Shown here one piece after another: positions 8,297-16,438 of a stretch of 64,000 nucleotides of DNA (positions are counted from its first letter, which is position 1; each line of letters begins with the position of its first letter). Source of the stretch: Meiothermus sp. (GTDB taxonomy: Bacteria > Deinococcota > Deinococci > Deinococcales > Thermaceae); NCBI GenBank assembly GCA_033762915.1, contig JANRLD010000002.1, positions 1 to 64,000 on the forward strand, in the 5' to 3' direction. The notes beneath the pieces are model-generated. The model worked only from the letters and a program-made list of their open reading frames with translations. It did not search any database and was not told where the DNA came from. The position numbers and the translations under genes are program-made.

Positions 8297-9670
8297 ATGG
8301 GCAGAACAAAACTGTGGAAGTGTGTGGCGGCCGGGGCGCTGGCCTTACTGCTGGCGGCGTGCGGGTCGAGCCAGCCGGTGGCTCTCGAGGCCCAGGACGA
8401 ATACACGCAACTGGTGACTATTAAGCTGAGCGGGGGAGAGACCCCGCAAGCCCTGGAGGCCCGCTACGGCGGGACGATGCTGGACTGGCGTCCCGAGGCA
8501 GGGTATGCCTTGATGGGTCTGAAGGACGGGGCTGCGTCCGGGGTGCAGGCGGCCAACCTAATCGGCACGGTAGAGCCCAACGCTGCCAATTTTGTGGCCA
8601 GTGGCGTCTCGACCATCAACGGGGTCAGCCTGTGGGCCGACGGCAGTTCTCTCTGGGCCGATGGTAGCTCGCTGTGGGCCGATGGGCGTTCGCTATGGGC
8701 CGACGGGCGCTCGCTGTGGGCCGACGGGCGTTCACTTTGGGCCGATGGTCGCTTTTTGTTCTTTCCTCAAAACACTCAGCCCCTCAGTCAAATCCGGCTC
8801 GAACAGGCTCATCGCAACGCGCCTAACCTGGGTAAGGATGTCAAGGTGGCGGTGATTGATACCGGCATCGACCTAAGCCACCCGGCTTTCGCGGGTTCGC
8901 TGGTGCCCAGCAGCGAGTGGCGCGACTTCGTGGGCAACGACCAAGTTCCCCAAGAGGGCGGCAACTACTCCCGCCCGGGTCACGGGCACGGAACCAGCGT
9001 GGCCGGGATTGTCCTTCAAGTGGCCCCCAGGGCAAAAATCCTCCCGATTCGGGTCTTGAACTCCTTCGGCGAAGGCACCGTGGCCAACGTGGCCAGGGCC
9101 ATCACCTACGCGGTGGACAGAGGCGCACAGGTCATCAACCTTAGCTTGGGCTCCGACACCGCCTACGAGGCCATCACCCAGGCCCTCATCTATGCGGCCA
9201 GCCGGGGGGTGTACGTGGTCAGCAGCGCCGGCAACGACGACCGCTCGACCCCCAACTTCCCCGCCAGAATCGCCCGCACCAGCATGGAGGGCAACCCCAA
9301 CTTCTACTGGACCAGTGTGAGCAGCGTGAACACCCAGAACGCCCGCTCGAGTTTCGCCAACTACGGCCGCGAGGTCGAGCTGTTCGCCCCCGGCGAGCAG
9401 ATATTCGCCCCCGCCCCGGGCAATATGAAGGCCACGTGGAGCGGCACCTCTCAGGCCGCCCCCCTGGCCTCGGGGGCCATCGCCCTGGCGCTGGGCGAGC
9501 GCGATCGCATCCGCAGCTGGGTTCCGATGTCCATGGTGTCGCTCAACATGACCTTTAGCTCCAACGACTACCAGGCCAACCTCTGGATGAACGACCCGCT
9601 CAACAGCTCGGGCAAGGGAACCCTTAACATCGAGCGCTTTCTAAACACTGTCCTCAATCCCCTGCCTTAA
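8297..9670 (+). CDS. S8 (subtilisin-family) serine peptidase lipoprotein with tandem heptapeptide cassette
   Basis: AGGGGG RBS then ATG 8297; lipobox LLAAC; VIDTG, HGTSVAG, SAGND, GTSQAAP catalytic motifs. Confidence 0.93.
   Translation: MGRTKLWKCVAAGALALLLAACGSSQPVALEAQDEYTQLVTIKLSGGETPQALEARYGGTMLDWRPEAGYALMGLKDGAASGVQAANLIGTVEPNAANFVASGVSTINGVSLWADGSSLWADGSSLWADGRSLWADGRSLWADGRSLWADGRFLFFPQNTQPLSQIRLEQAHRNAPNLGKDVKVAVIDTGIDLSHPAFAGSLVPSSEWRDFVGNDQVPQEGGNYSRPGHGHGTSVAGIVLQVAPRAKILPIRVLNSFGEGTVANVARAITYAVDRGAQVINLSLGSDTAYEAITQALIYAASRGVYVVSSAGNDDRSTPNFPARIARTSMEGNPNFYWTSVSSVNTQNARSSFANYGREVELFAPGEQIFAPAPGNMKATWSGTSQAAPLASGAIALALGERDRIRSWVPMSMVSLNMTFSSNDYQANLWMNDPLNSSGKGTLNIERFLNTVLNPLP
8621..8746 (+). 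repeat. Six in-frame 21-bp repeats encoding GVSLWAD, GSSLWAD x2, GRSLWAD x3
   Basis: Read directly; Ser, Leu, Gly and Asp codons vary synonymously between units. Confidence 0.97.
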
Positions 9671-9684
9671 GAACTGACCCACTC

Positions 9685-9732
9685 AGCCAGAACCCGCCGA
9701 CTGAATCGGCGGGTTCTGGCTTTGTCTTTTCT
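9685..9732 (+). terminator. Intrinsic terminator after the S8 peptidase
   Basis: AGCCAGAACCCGCCGA / TCGGCGGGTTCTGGCT 16-bp stem followed by TTGTCTTTTCT. Confidence 0.88.
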
Positions 9733-9953
9733 AGTTTCATTGGCCGCTCTGGTGCGTTGTTCTAATTCAAAATCAGGATGCTGCAGTCAGAGAGTCTTTA
9801 GAAATTCCGCGGCATATGCGAAATTTCGTCACCAAGTGTGATCCATTTGGGATCCTGTCCGATAACCGGCCAAAACTGTAACTACATTACTTTTGCGACG
9901 GGAACAGCTTAATGGGAACAAGCAATTACCAAATCTGGAAAATTTGTCAAGTC

Positions 9954-9995
9954 TTTACAACCGTAACTTGACGTGGTAGCGTTACGGCTAGGAGG
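9954..9995 (+). promoter_or_regulatory. Sigma70-type promoter with overlapping palindrome and RBS for the micro-peptide gene
   Basis: TTTACA 9954-9959, 17-nt spacer, TGn-TAGCGT 9977-9982; CCGTAAC-N13-GTTACGG 9961-9987; GGAGG 9991-9995. Confidence 0.65.
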
Positions 9996-10003
9996 TAAAA
10001 AGC

Positions 10004-10051
10004 ATGAAAAAGAACACTACCGCACGTGGAAGCAGCCTCTGGGCCGACTAG
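10004..10051 (+). CDS. 15-aa micro-peptide MKKNTTARGSSLWAD (candidate signal peptide precursor)
   Basis: GGAGG 8 nt before ATG; last 7 residues are identical to repeat units in the upstream protease; followed by a terminator hairpin; too short for the ORF track. Confidence 0.85.
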   Translation: MKKNTTARGSSLWAD

Positions 10052-10067
10052 ATTACAAACCTTTTTT

Positions 10068-10105
10068 TGAACGGCACCCGACTCTCGGGTGCCGTTCATT
10101 GTTTG
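10068..10105 (+). terminator. Terminator hairpin after the micro-peptide ORF
   Basis: TGAACGGCACCCGA-CTC-TCGGGTGCCGTTCA perfect 14-bp stem followed by TTGTTT. Confidence 0.8.
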
Positions 10106-10233
10106 GTGCTTGCTGTACAACAGTTTTTCGAGAGGACATGTGGCCCGAAAGCCGGTTTAGCTGATGGTTGCGTACCTGTGCAGTGCCCAATCTTCTACAA
10201 GTAATGTGAACTGTTACCGCCAGTTAATTTTGG

Positions 10234-11658
10234 CTAAATTCCCTCGTCCCACAGCTCCCGAAAACTCTTGGGACTCGGCCTCAGCCCGGCGCGGTGCTGT
10301 GTCCAGGCTTTGAGCACGGGCATCACGGTGTTGTCCAGGGCTTTCTCGGGAAGTAGGCGCACGGCCCTCGAGGCCAGGCTGTAGGCCCAGGGGCGCGTCA
10401 TGGCGGCGGCATAACCCTTTATGGCGGTAGCCTCGAACTGTGGCTGTAAGCCTTCTTCGACCGCGCGGTTGCGCCAGGCCAGCAGCAGTTTCGGGATTGG
10501 AATCCGCACCGGGCAGGCCTGGAAGCAGGCCCCGCACAGTGAGGAGGCGTAGGGGAGGGGCTTGGTGTTCTCGAGGCCCAGCAGCCCCGGACTCAGGATG
10601 GCCCCGATCGGTCCCGAGTACACGTAGCCGTAGGCGTGGCCTCCGGTCTGTCGATAGACCGGGCAGGCGTTGAGGCAGGCCGCGCAGCGCACGCAGCGCA
10701 GCGTCTCCCAGGCCTCGGGGTCGGCCAGCACGCTGCTGCGCCCGTTGTCCACCAGCACCACGTGGACTTCCTCGGGGCCGTCCACTTCTTCTAGGGCGGC
10801 GCCCCCCGCTGGCGCGGTGCCCTGAGTGCGGCGCGGCCCCTGGATCAGCGAGACGAAGGTGCCGATGCGCTGGCCGGTGGCGGCCCTGGCGGTCAGGGTC
10901 AGGAAGGTCGAGAGGTCGGAAAAGCGCGGCAGCAGCTTCTCGAGGCCCACCAGCGCCACGTGGATGCGCGGGGCCGAGGTGGAGATGCGGATGTTGCCCT
11001 CGTTCTCGATGAGGGCGATGGTGCCGGTCTCGGCTACCAGGAAGTTGGCCCCAGAGATGCCCATGTCGGCCCGCAGGAAGCCCTCGCGCAGCAGTTTGCG
11101 GGCGACCGAGGCCAGATGGTCTGGGGTGGCGTCCAGGGGCGTTCCGAACTTCTCGTGGAAGAGCTTTTGAATCTGTCCCAAGTTCAGATGGATGGCCGGC
11201 CCCACAATGTGCGAGGGTGGCTGATCCAGAAGCTGGATGATGTACTCGCCCAGGTCGGTCTCGAGCGCCTCCACCCCCATGCCCTCGAGCATCGGGTTAA
11301 TGCCCAGCTCTTCCGAGACCATGGTCTTGGCCTTAACCACCCGCTTGACCCCGCTCGCCCTGGCAATTTCGGCCACGATACGCCGTGCCTCGTCGGCGTC
11401 CTCGGCCCAGTGGACCCGCACCCCATTGGCCTCGAGCGCCGCCTCGGCCTGTTTCAGGTAGCCGTCCAGATCGGACAGCAGGTGGTTCTTGACTGCCTCC
11501 GCCCAGTGCCGCCAGGCCTCCGAGTCGACCTCGGCGTACATGGTCCGCCGCTTGGAGTCGAAGTTGAGCGTGGCCCCCGTCACCGAGTCGCGTACCTGCG
11601 GCTCCTCGCGCAAGACTCGAGCGGACTCTTGGGGGTAGTTGTTGGAGGTGATTTTCAT
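10234..11658 (-). CDS. lutB: Lactate utilization protein B (Fe-S)
   Basis: ETDLGEYI, PPSHIVGPAIH, ENEGN, CVRCAACLNACPVY, SLCGACFQACPV; ATG 11658 after GAGG. Confidence 0.93.
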   Translation of the reverse strand: MKITSNNYPQESARVLREEPQVRDSVTGATLNFDSKRRTMYAEVDSEAWRHWAEAVKNHLLSDLDGYLKQAEAALEANGVRVHWAEDADEARRIVAEIARASGVKRVVKAKTMVSEELGINPMLEGMGVEALETDLGEYIIQLLDQPPSHIVGPAIHLNLGQIQKLFHEKFGTPLDATPDHLASVARKLLREGFLRADMGISGANFLVAETGTIALIENEGNIRISTSAPRIHVALVGLEKLLPRFSDLSTFLTLTARAATGQRIGTFVSLIQGPRRTQGTAPAGGAALEEVDGPEEVHVVLVDNGRSSVLADPEAWETLRCVRCAACLNACPVYRQTGGHAYGYVYSGPIGAILSPGLLGLENTKPLPYASSLCGACFQACPVRIPIPKLLLAWRNRAVEEGLQPQFEATAIKGYAAAMTRPWAYSLASRAVRLLPEKALDNTVMPVLKAWTQHRAGLRPSPKSFRELWDEGI

Positions 11659-11705
11659 GAATACCTCGAGCTTTCGGCGCCCGGCTTTTGCCCAAAGGCG
11701 AACCG

Positions 11706-12437
11706 CTATCCTCCCGTTGCCTCCCACAGCACCGAGGCCAGGGGCCTGACCGGAACCGTCAGCTTGCGGTTCTCGATGCGGCCCGAGAGGTGGAGCATAC
11801 AGCCGCCATCGGCGCTGGTCAGAAAGTCAAGTTCGCCGCCCTTGGGCAGGGTGTCCAGCTTGCGGTCGGCCATGCTCACCGCGACCTCGGGCAGCTTGAC
11901 CGAGAACAGCCCGCCGAAGCCGCAGCACTCCTCCGCCGCTGCCCAGTCCACCACCTCGGCCCCGGCGTTTCGCAGCAGGGCGATGGGTTCCTGCTTGATG
12001 CCCAGCTCGCGCAGGGCGTGGCATCCGAAGTGGTAGGCGATGCGCTTGCCCGCCAGCCCGCTGCCCAGCTTGCTGACGCCCAGCACCTTCACAATGAACT
12101 CGGCCAGTTCGTAGGTCTTAGCGCTGAGGTCGGAGGCCCGGGAAAACATCTTGGGGTTGTCGCGGTACAGCTCGGGGTAGAACGTCCGCACCATGGTGGC
12201 GCAGGAGCCGCTGGGCAGCACCACATACTCGGCCTCGGCGAAGACCTTCATGGTGTGCTCAGCAACCTGCTTGGCCTCGGCCCAGTAGCCCGCGTTGTAG
12301 GCGGGCTGGCCGCAGCAGGTCTGGGCCTCGGGGAACTCCACCGAGCACCCCAGCTTTCGCAGCAGCTTGACGGTGTCCACACCGGCCTGGGCGTAGAACT
12401 GGTCGGCGAGACAGGTGACGAACAGGGCGACCTTCAT
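11706..12437 (-). CDS. lutA: Lactate utilization protein A (CCG domains)
   Basis: LFVTCLAD, QTCCGQPAYNAG, CCGFGGLFSVK. Confidence 0.93.
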   Translation of the reverse strand: MKVALFVTCLADQFYAQAGVDTVKLLRKLGCSVEFPEAQTCCGQPAYNAGYWAEAKQVAEHTMKVFAEAEYVVLPSGSCATMVRTFYPELYRDNPKMFSRASDLSAKTYELAEFIVKVLGVSKLGSGLAGKRIAYHFGCHALRELGIKQEPIALLRNAGAEVVDWAAAEECCGFGGLFSVKLPEVAVSMADRKLDTLPKGGELDFLTSADGGCMLHLSGRIENRKLTVPVRPLASVLWEATGG

Positions 12438-12564
12438 GGGTGGCGCCAGTATATCTCCGGCGGTATGAGGCAGGGGAGTGGACAGAGGGGGCGTGGCTTG
12501 AGGGGCGCAACGGGCAAAGGCTGGGCCGAGGCCAGGGTCCTGACCTTGGCGGTACCCCCAAAAC

Positions 12565-12942
12565 CTACTGGCTTTCGGCCAGCGCCTGGTACTCTTCCGC
12601 CGAGAGCAGCCCCTCCACGTCGGCCGGGTTGACCCTCATCTTGAACAGCCAGCCCTCGCCGTAGGGCGAGCTGTTGAGCAGTTCGGGCTTGTCGGCCAGG
12701 GCGCTGTTGGTCTGGAGTACCTCACCCGAGACCGGCGCGTAGATGTCTGAGGCCGTCTTCACCGACTCCACCACCGCCACTGTGGCCCCGGCGCTCACTG
12801 CCTTGGGCTGCGGCAGGTCCACGAACACCACGTCTCCCAGTGCGTCCTGCGCGTAGTCGCTGATCCCGATAGTCGCGATATCGCCCTCGAGCCGAACCCA
12901 CTCGTGGGACTTGGTGTACTTGAGGTCGGATGGGTAGTTCAT
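12565..12942 (-). CDS. gcvH: Glycine cleavage system H protein
   Basis: [20 protein letters not shown] lipoyl site, PYGEGW. Confidence 0.97.
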   Translation of the reverse strand: MNYPSDLKYTKSHEWVRLEGDIATIGISDYAQDALGDVVFVDLPQPKAVSAGATVAVVESVKTASDIYAPVSGEVLQTNSALADKPELLNSSPYGEGWLFKMRVNPADVEGLLSAEEYQALAESQ

Positions 12943-13008
12943 GGGTCTCTCCTTGGTCGGTAGTTTATAGGCAACCGGGAGCGGGGAACAGGGAACAGGC
13001 GGGGTTGC

Positions 13009-14064
13009 CTACTTCTTGACGAACGGCATCTCCACTACCGTCGCCGGGTATAGCTTCGAGCGAATGTCGACCTCGAGGGTCGTCCCCAGTTCGGCCAGCT
13101 CGGCGGCGACGTAGGCCATGCCGATGCCCCGCCGGAGTACTGGGGAGTGGGTGCCCGAGGTTATGGTCCCGACTTGTGTACCGGCCTTGTGGACGGTGTA
13201 GCCCTCGCGGGGGATGCCGCTCTCGAGGCTCAGCCCGACCAGCTTTTGCCCGCACGGCCGGCCCAACATGGCGTCCTTGCCCAGGAAGGTCTTGTGCGCC
13301 TTGACCACCCAGGCGAAGGGCGTGCAGAGCGGGCTGGTCTGGTCGGTGAACTCGTGGCCGTAGAGGGGGAAGCCCGCCTCGAGCCTCAAGGTGTCCCGGG
13401 CCCCCAGGCCGCAGGGGGTGACCCCAGCCTCCAGTAGCGTGTGCCAGACCTTCTCCACCTCGTCGGGGGCCAGGAAGACCTCGTAGCCGTCCTCGCCGGT
13501 GTAGCCGGTGCGGGCGAAGCGCGCCCACTTGCCCACGATTTTGCCCATGAAGGTGTCGTTCTTCTTGGGGGCCTCGAGGTCTATGTCGGTGAACTTTTGC
13601 AGCGCGTGGACCGCGCCCGGCCCTTGCACGGCCAGCAGGCAGAAGAAGTCCGACTCGTCCTCGAGTGCCACATCCAGCATCCCCCGGTGGGCCTGGAGGT
13701 GTGCCCAGTCCTTCTCGATGTTGGAGGCGTTGACCACCACCAGGTACTCCGACGCCTGGGTGCGATAGATGTAGATGTCGTCCACCAGGCCGCCGTGTTC
13801 GTTGGTGAGCATCGAGTACTGGGCGCGGCCCACCTTGAGCTTGGACACGTCGTTGGGGGTGAGGCGCTGGAGGAACTCCAGGGCGTCCGGCCCGCGCACC
13901 CAGAACTCGCCCATGTGGCTCACGTCGAACATCCCCACCAGGGTTCGTACCGCAATGTGCTCGGCGCCGATGGACTGGTACTGGATCGGCATTTCCCAGC
14001 CCGCGAACGGCACCATTTTGGCCCCGGCGGCCTGGTGGGCCTTGTGTAAAGGGGTGGTTTTCAT
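13009..14064 (-). CDS. gcvT: Glycine cleavage system T protein (aminomethyltransferase)
   Basis: FDVSHMGE, RTGYTGEDGYE, GLGARDTLRLEAG. Confidence 0.97.
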   Translation of the reverse strand: MKTTPLHKAHQAAGAKMVPFAGWEMPIQYQSIGAEHIAVRTLVGMFDVSHMGEFWVRGPDALEFLQRLTPNDVSKLKVGRAQYSMLTNEHGGLVDDIYIYRTQASEYLVVVNASNIEKDWAHLQAHRGMLDVALEDESDFFCLLAVQGPGAVHALQKFTDIDLEAPKKNDTFMGKIVGKWARFARTGYTGEDGYEVFLAPDEVEKVWHTLLEAGVTPCGLGARDTLRLEAGFPLYGHEFTDQTSPLCTPFAWVVKAHKTFLGKDAMLGRPCGQKLVGLSLESGIPREGYTVHKAGTQVGTITSGTHSPVLRRGIGMAYVAAELAELGTTLEVDIRSKLYPATVVEMPFVKK

Positions 14065-14204
14065 TGGCTACTAGCATAGCGCCTCGAGGGGCGGCGGGAG
14101 GCGGGCAGCCGGGGCAAGGGCCATGGTTGGGCTTTGCCTTGGCTCCCGGCCACATTAGCTCACTGCTCATTGCTCGCGGCGCACGGCGCGGTATTCTTTA
14201 CCCC

Positions 14205-16055
14205 ATGAAACCCGAACTGATCTACGAGCTCGAGTTCCTGGCCGAACTGACCGAGGGGCCCCAGGGGCGGCCACTGTTCGTCTATACCGACATCGAGCGG
14301 CCCGAGAAGGAAGCGCCCAAGTACCGCTCCCGACTGGCTACCTGGGACGGAGAGCTGAAGTTTCTGACCCAGGGTGAGGCACGCAACCCGGCCTACAAGG
14401 GGGACTGGATTTACTTTGTCCGCAAGGCCGACAAGACGCCGCAGCTGTTCCGCATGAGCGTCCACGGGGGCGAGCCAGAGCAGCTGACCACCTTCAAGGC
14501 GGGTGTGCAGGGCTACAAGCTCAGCCCAGACGGCTCCAAGATCGCCCTCCTGTCGCAGGGTGAGTACGAGACCCCCAAGCCCGACGCGCCCAAGGTCTTT
14601 ACCGACTGGCCGCACAAGTACGACGGGCGGGGCTACCTGCAAGGCCCCAAGGCCAACCTTTACGTCTGGGAGGGTGGTGCGGCCCGGCTGCTGTTCACCC
14701 CCGACCAGCCGGTCGACGAGTTCTGCTGGGGCTTGCAGGGCGACGGGCTCTACGTGGTGATGAGCGGCTCAGCCCGGGAGCGCTGGGACTGGGTGCAGCG
14801 CCTGTACTGGCTGGGCCTGGACAGCCAGCTCAGCGAGCTGACCGGCGGGGTGGGGCCTATTAGCGGCCTCGAGCCCACCCCGGACGGCGGCCTGGTCTAT
14901 CTGGCTCACGCCTGGGAGCACGGCGGCGGCACCGAGGCGCGGCTGTACGTCCGGGGCTTCGGCGGCGAGATCCGCGAACTGGCCCACGGCTCGTTCGGCA
15001 ACAGCGTCAACTCCGACGTACGAATCGGGACCGGGCAGCAAGGCCCCAGGCTCGGCCCGGACGGGCGGGTCTACCTCGTAGCGACCCACAAGGGCACTGC
15101 CCGCATGATGGCCGTGGGTCTGGACGGCCACACCCAGCTCTTCAGCCCGCCCGAGTTCAGCATCCTGGGCTTCGCCTTTTGCGGCGGTGAGGTGTACACC
15201 CTGGCCGAGGACTACACCCACGGCGCGCGCCTGACCCGCCGCGGCGAGGTTCTGCTGGACCCCAACTCCGAGCCCTTGGGCCGGCTGCCTGCGCCCCAGC
15301 CCCTCCACTACCCCGCCCCCCAGGGCCACGAGGTGCCAGGCCTGCTGCTGCTGCCTGACGGCCCCGGCCCCCACCCGACCATCCTCTACGTCCACGGCGG
15401 CCCCCACACCGCCTTTGGCAACGCCCTGATGCTCCAACTCCAGTTCTTCCGGTCGGCGGGCTTCGCGGTGCTCTACGGCAACCCCAGAGGCTCTACCGGC
15501 TACGGGCAGGAGTTTGTGAAGCTGGACTCCCGCTGGGGCGAGATCGATGTGGAAGACCTGCTGGGGCTTCTCGATCATGCCCTTGCGCACTTCCCGCTCG
15601 ACGCAAGCCGGGTTGCGGTGGCGGGCGGCTCCTACGGGGGCTATATGACCAACTGGCTGACCGCCACCCACCCCGAGCGCTTCAAGGCTGCCGTTACCGA
15701 CCGCAGCATCTCCAACTGGTTCAGCTTCTTTGGGGCCTCGGACATCGGCCCCCGGTTCACCCGCCTCGAGCTCGGGGCCCAGCCCTGGGAGCGCCCCGAG
15801 GTGCTGTGGGAGAAGAGCCCGCTCTCGAAGGTGCACCAGGTCCAGACCCCTACGCTGGTCGTCCACTCCGAGAACGACCACCGCTGCCCCATTGACCAGG
15901 GCGAGACCTGGTACACCATGCTCCTGCACAAGGGCGTCCCCACCAAGTTTTTCCGTTGTCCCGAGGAGGGCCACGAACTCAGCCGCTCGGGCCGCCCGGA
16001 CAGGCGGGTGGAGCGGCTCGAGGCCTACCTCGAGTGGTTCCAGACCTACTTGTAG
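14205..16055 (+). CDS. S9 family peptidase (acylaminoacyl/dipeptidyl peptidase-like)
   Basis: VHGGP, GGSYGG, D…R and EGH triad region; ATG 14205 preceded by TATTCT-N7. Confidence 0.92.
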   Translation: MKPELIYELEFLAELTEGPQGRPLFVYTDIERPEKEAPKYRSRLATWDGELKFLTQGEARNPAYKGDWIYFVRKADKTPQLFRMSVHGGEPEQLTTFKAGVQGYKLSPDGSKIALLSQGEYETPKPDAPKVFTDWPHKYDGRGYLQGPKANLYVWEGGAARLLFTPDQPVDEFCWGLQGDGLYVVMSGSARERWDWVQRLYWLGLDSQLSELTGGVGPISGLEPTPDGGLVYLAHAWEHGGGTEARLYVRGFGGEIRELAHGSFGNSVNSDVRIGTGQQGPRLGPDGRVYLVATHKGTARMMAVGLDGHTQLFSPPEFSILGFAFCGGEVYTLAEDYTHGARLTRRGEVLLDPNSEPLGRLPAPQPLHYPAPQGHEVPGLLLLPDGPGPHPTILYVHGGPHTAFGNALMLQLQFFRSAGFAVLYGNPRGSTGYGQEFVKLDSRWGEIDVEDLLGLLDHALAHFPLDASRVAVAGGSYGGYMTNWLTATHPERFKAAVTDRSISNWFSFFGASDIGPRFTRLELGAQPWERPEVLWEKSPLSKVHQVQTPTLVVHSENDHRCPIDQGETWYTMLLHKGVPTKFFRCPEEGHELSRSGRPDRRVERLEAYLEWFQTYL

Positions 16056-16174
16056 GCCAGGAGCGGGTAAAAGCGGCAAAGGCAAAACCGTAAGACACAT
16101 CGGTCGCTCGCCTAGCATGGTGAGCGTTCATGCTGGCTCTGGGTGTTGGTCCTCGAGCAAAGCAGATGTCCCTG

Positions 16175-16286
16175 AGAGCGGTTCCCTCGAACAGGTACGG
16201 CGGTTGTTGCCGTATCGAGTGCAATACTCGACTATAGCGCACGCTTTAGCGCAGCACTGTGGGCGGAGTAAGGGTGGGAAACGCGA
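16175..16286 (+). mobile_element. MITE-like palindromic element, family A
   Basis: Ends AGAGCGGTTCCC … GGGAAACGCGA; interior similar to the inner copy at 45180-45271. Confidence 0.75.
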
Positions 16287-16438
16287 TCGGGATGACAGTG
16301 GTTGAGGTGAGGTGGCTTGTGGCCGTGGTGCACGGCTCATCGCCACCCGCCAACAGCCGCCGTTTCACCGAATCCTATTCGGCAATTCCCCCATTCCCGG
16401 CAAGCAATTTACGGCTTACGCTAGACTAGAAGCGGGCC

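Noticed and set aside
8621..8746. 21-bp tandem repeats as a CRISPR-like array
   Set aside because: No spacers, in frame within a protease gene, variation is mostly synonymous, and no cas genes in the window
9816..9971. Other short ORFs in the AT-rich spacer (MRNFVTK…, MGTSNYQIWK…)
   Set aside because: No convincing RBS, terminator or similarity to anything; expected by chance
9973..10164. 63-aa ORF from the track (MVALRLGG…)
   Set aside because: No RBS, starts inside the predicted promoter and runs through the terminator hairpin; the 10004-10051 ORF in another frame has the RBS and the peptide match
14065..14204. Glycine riboswitch upstream of gcvT
   Set aside because: No aptamer consensus; -10 box lies right before the start, and the 140-bp gap is shared with a divergent gene
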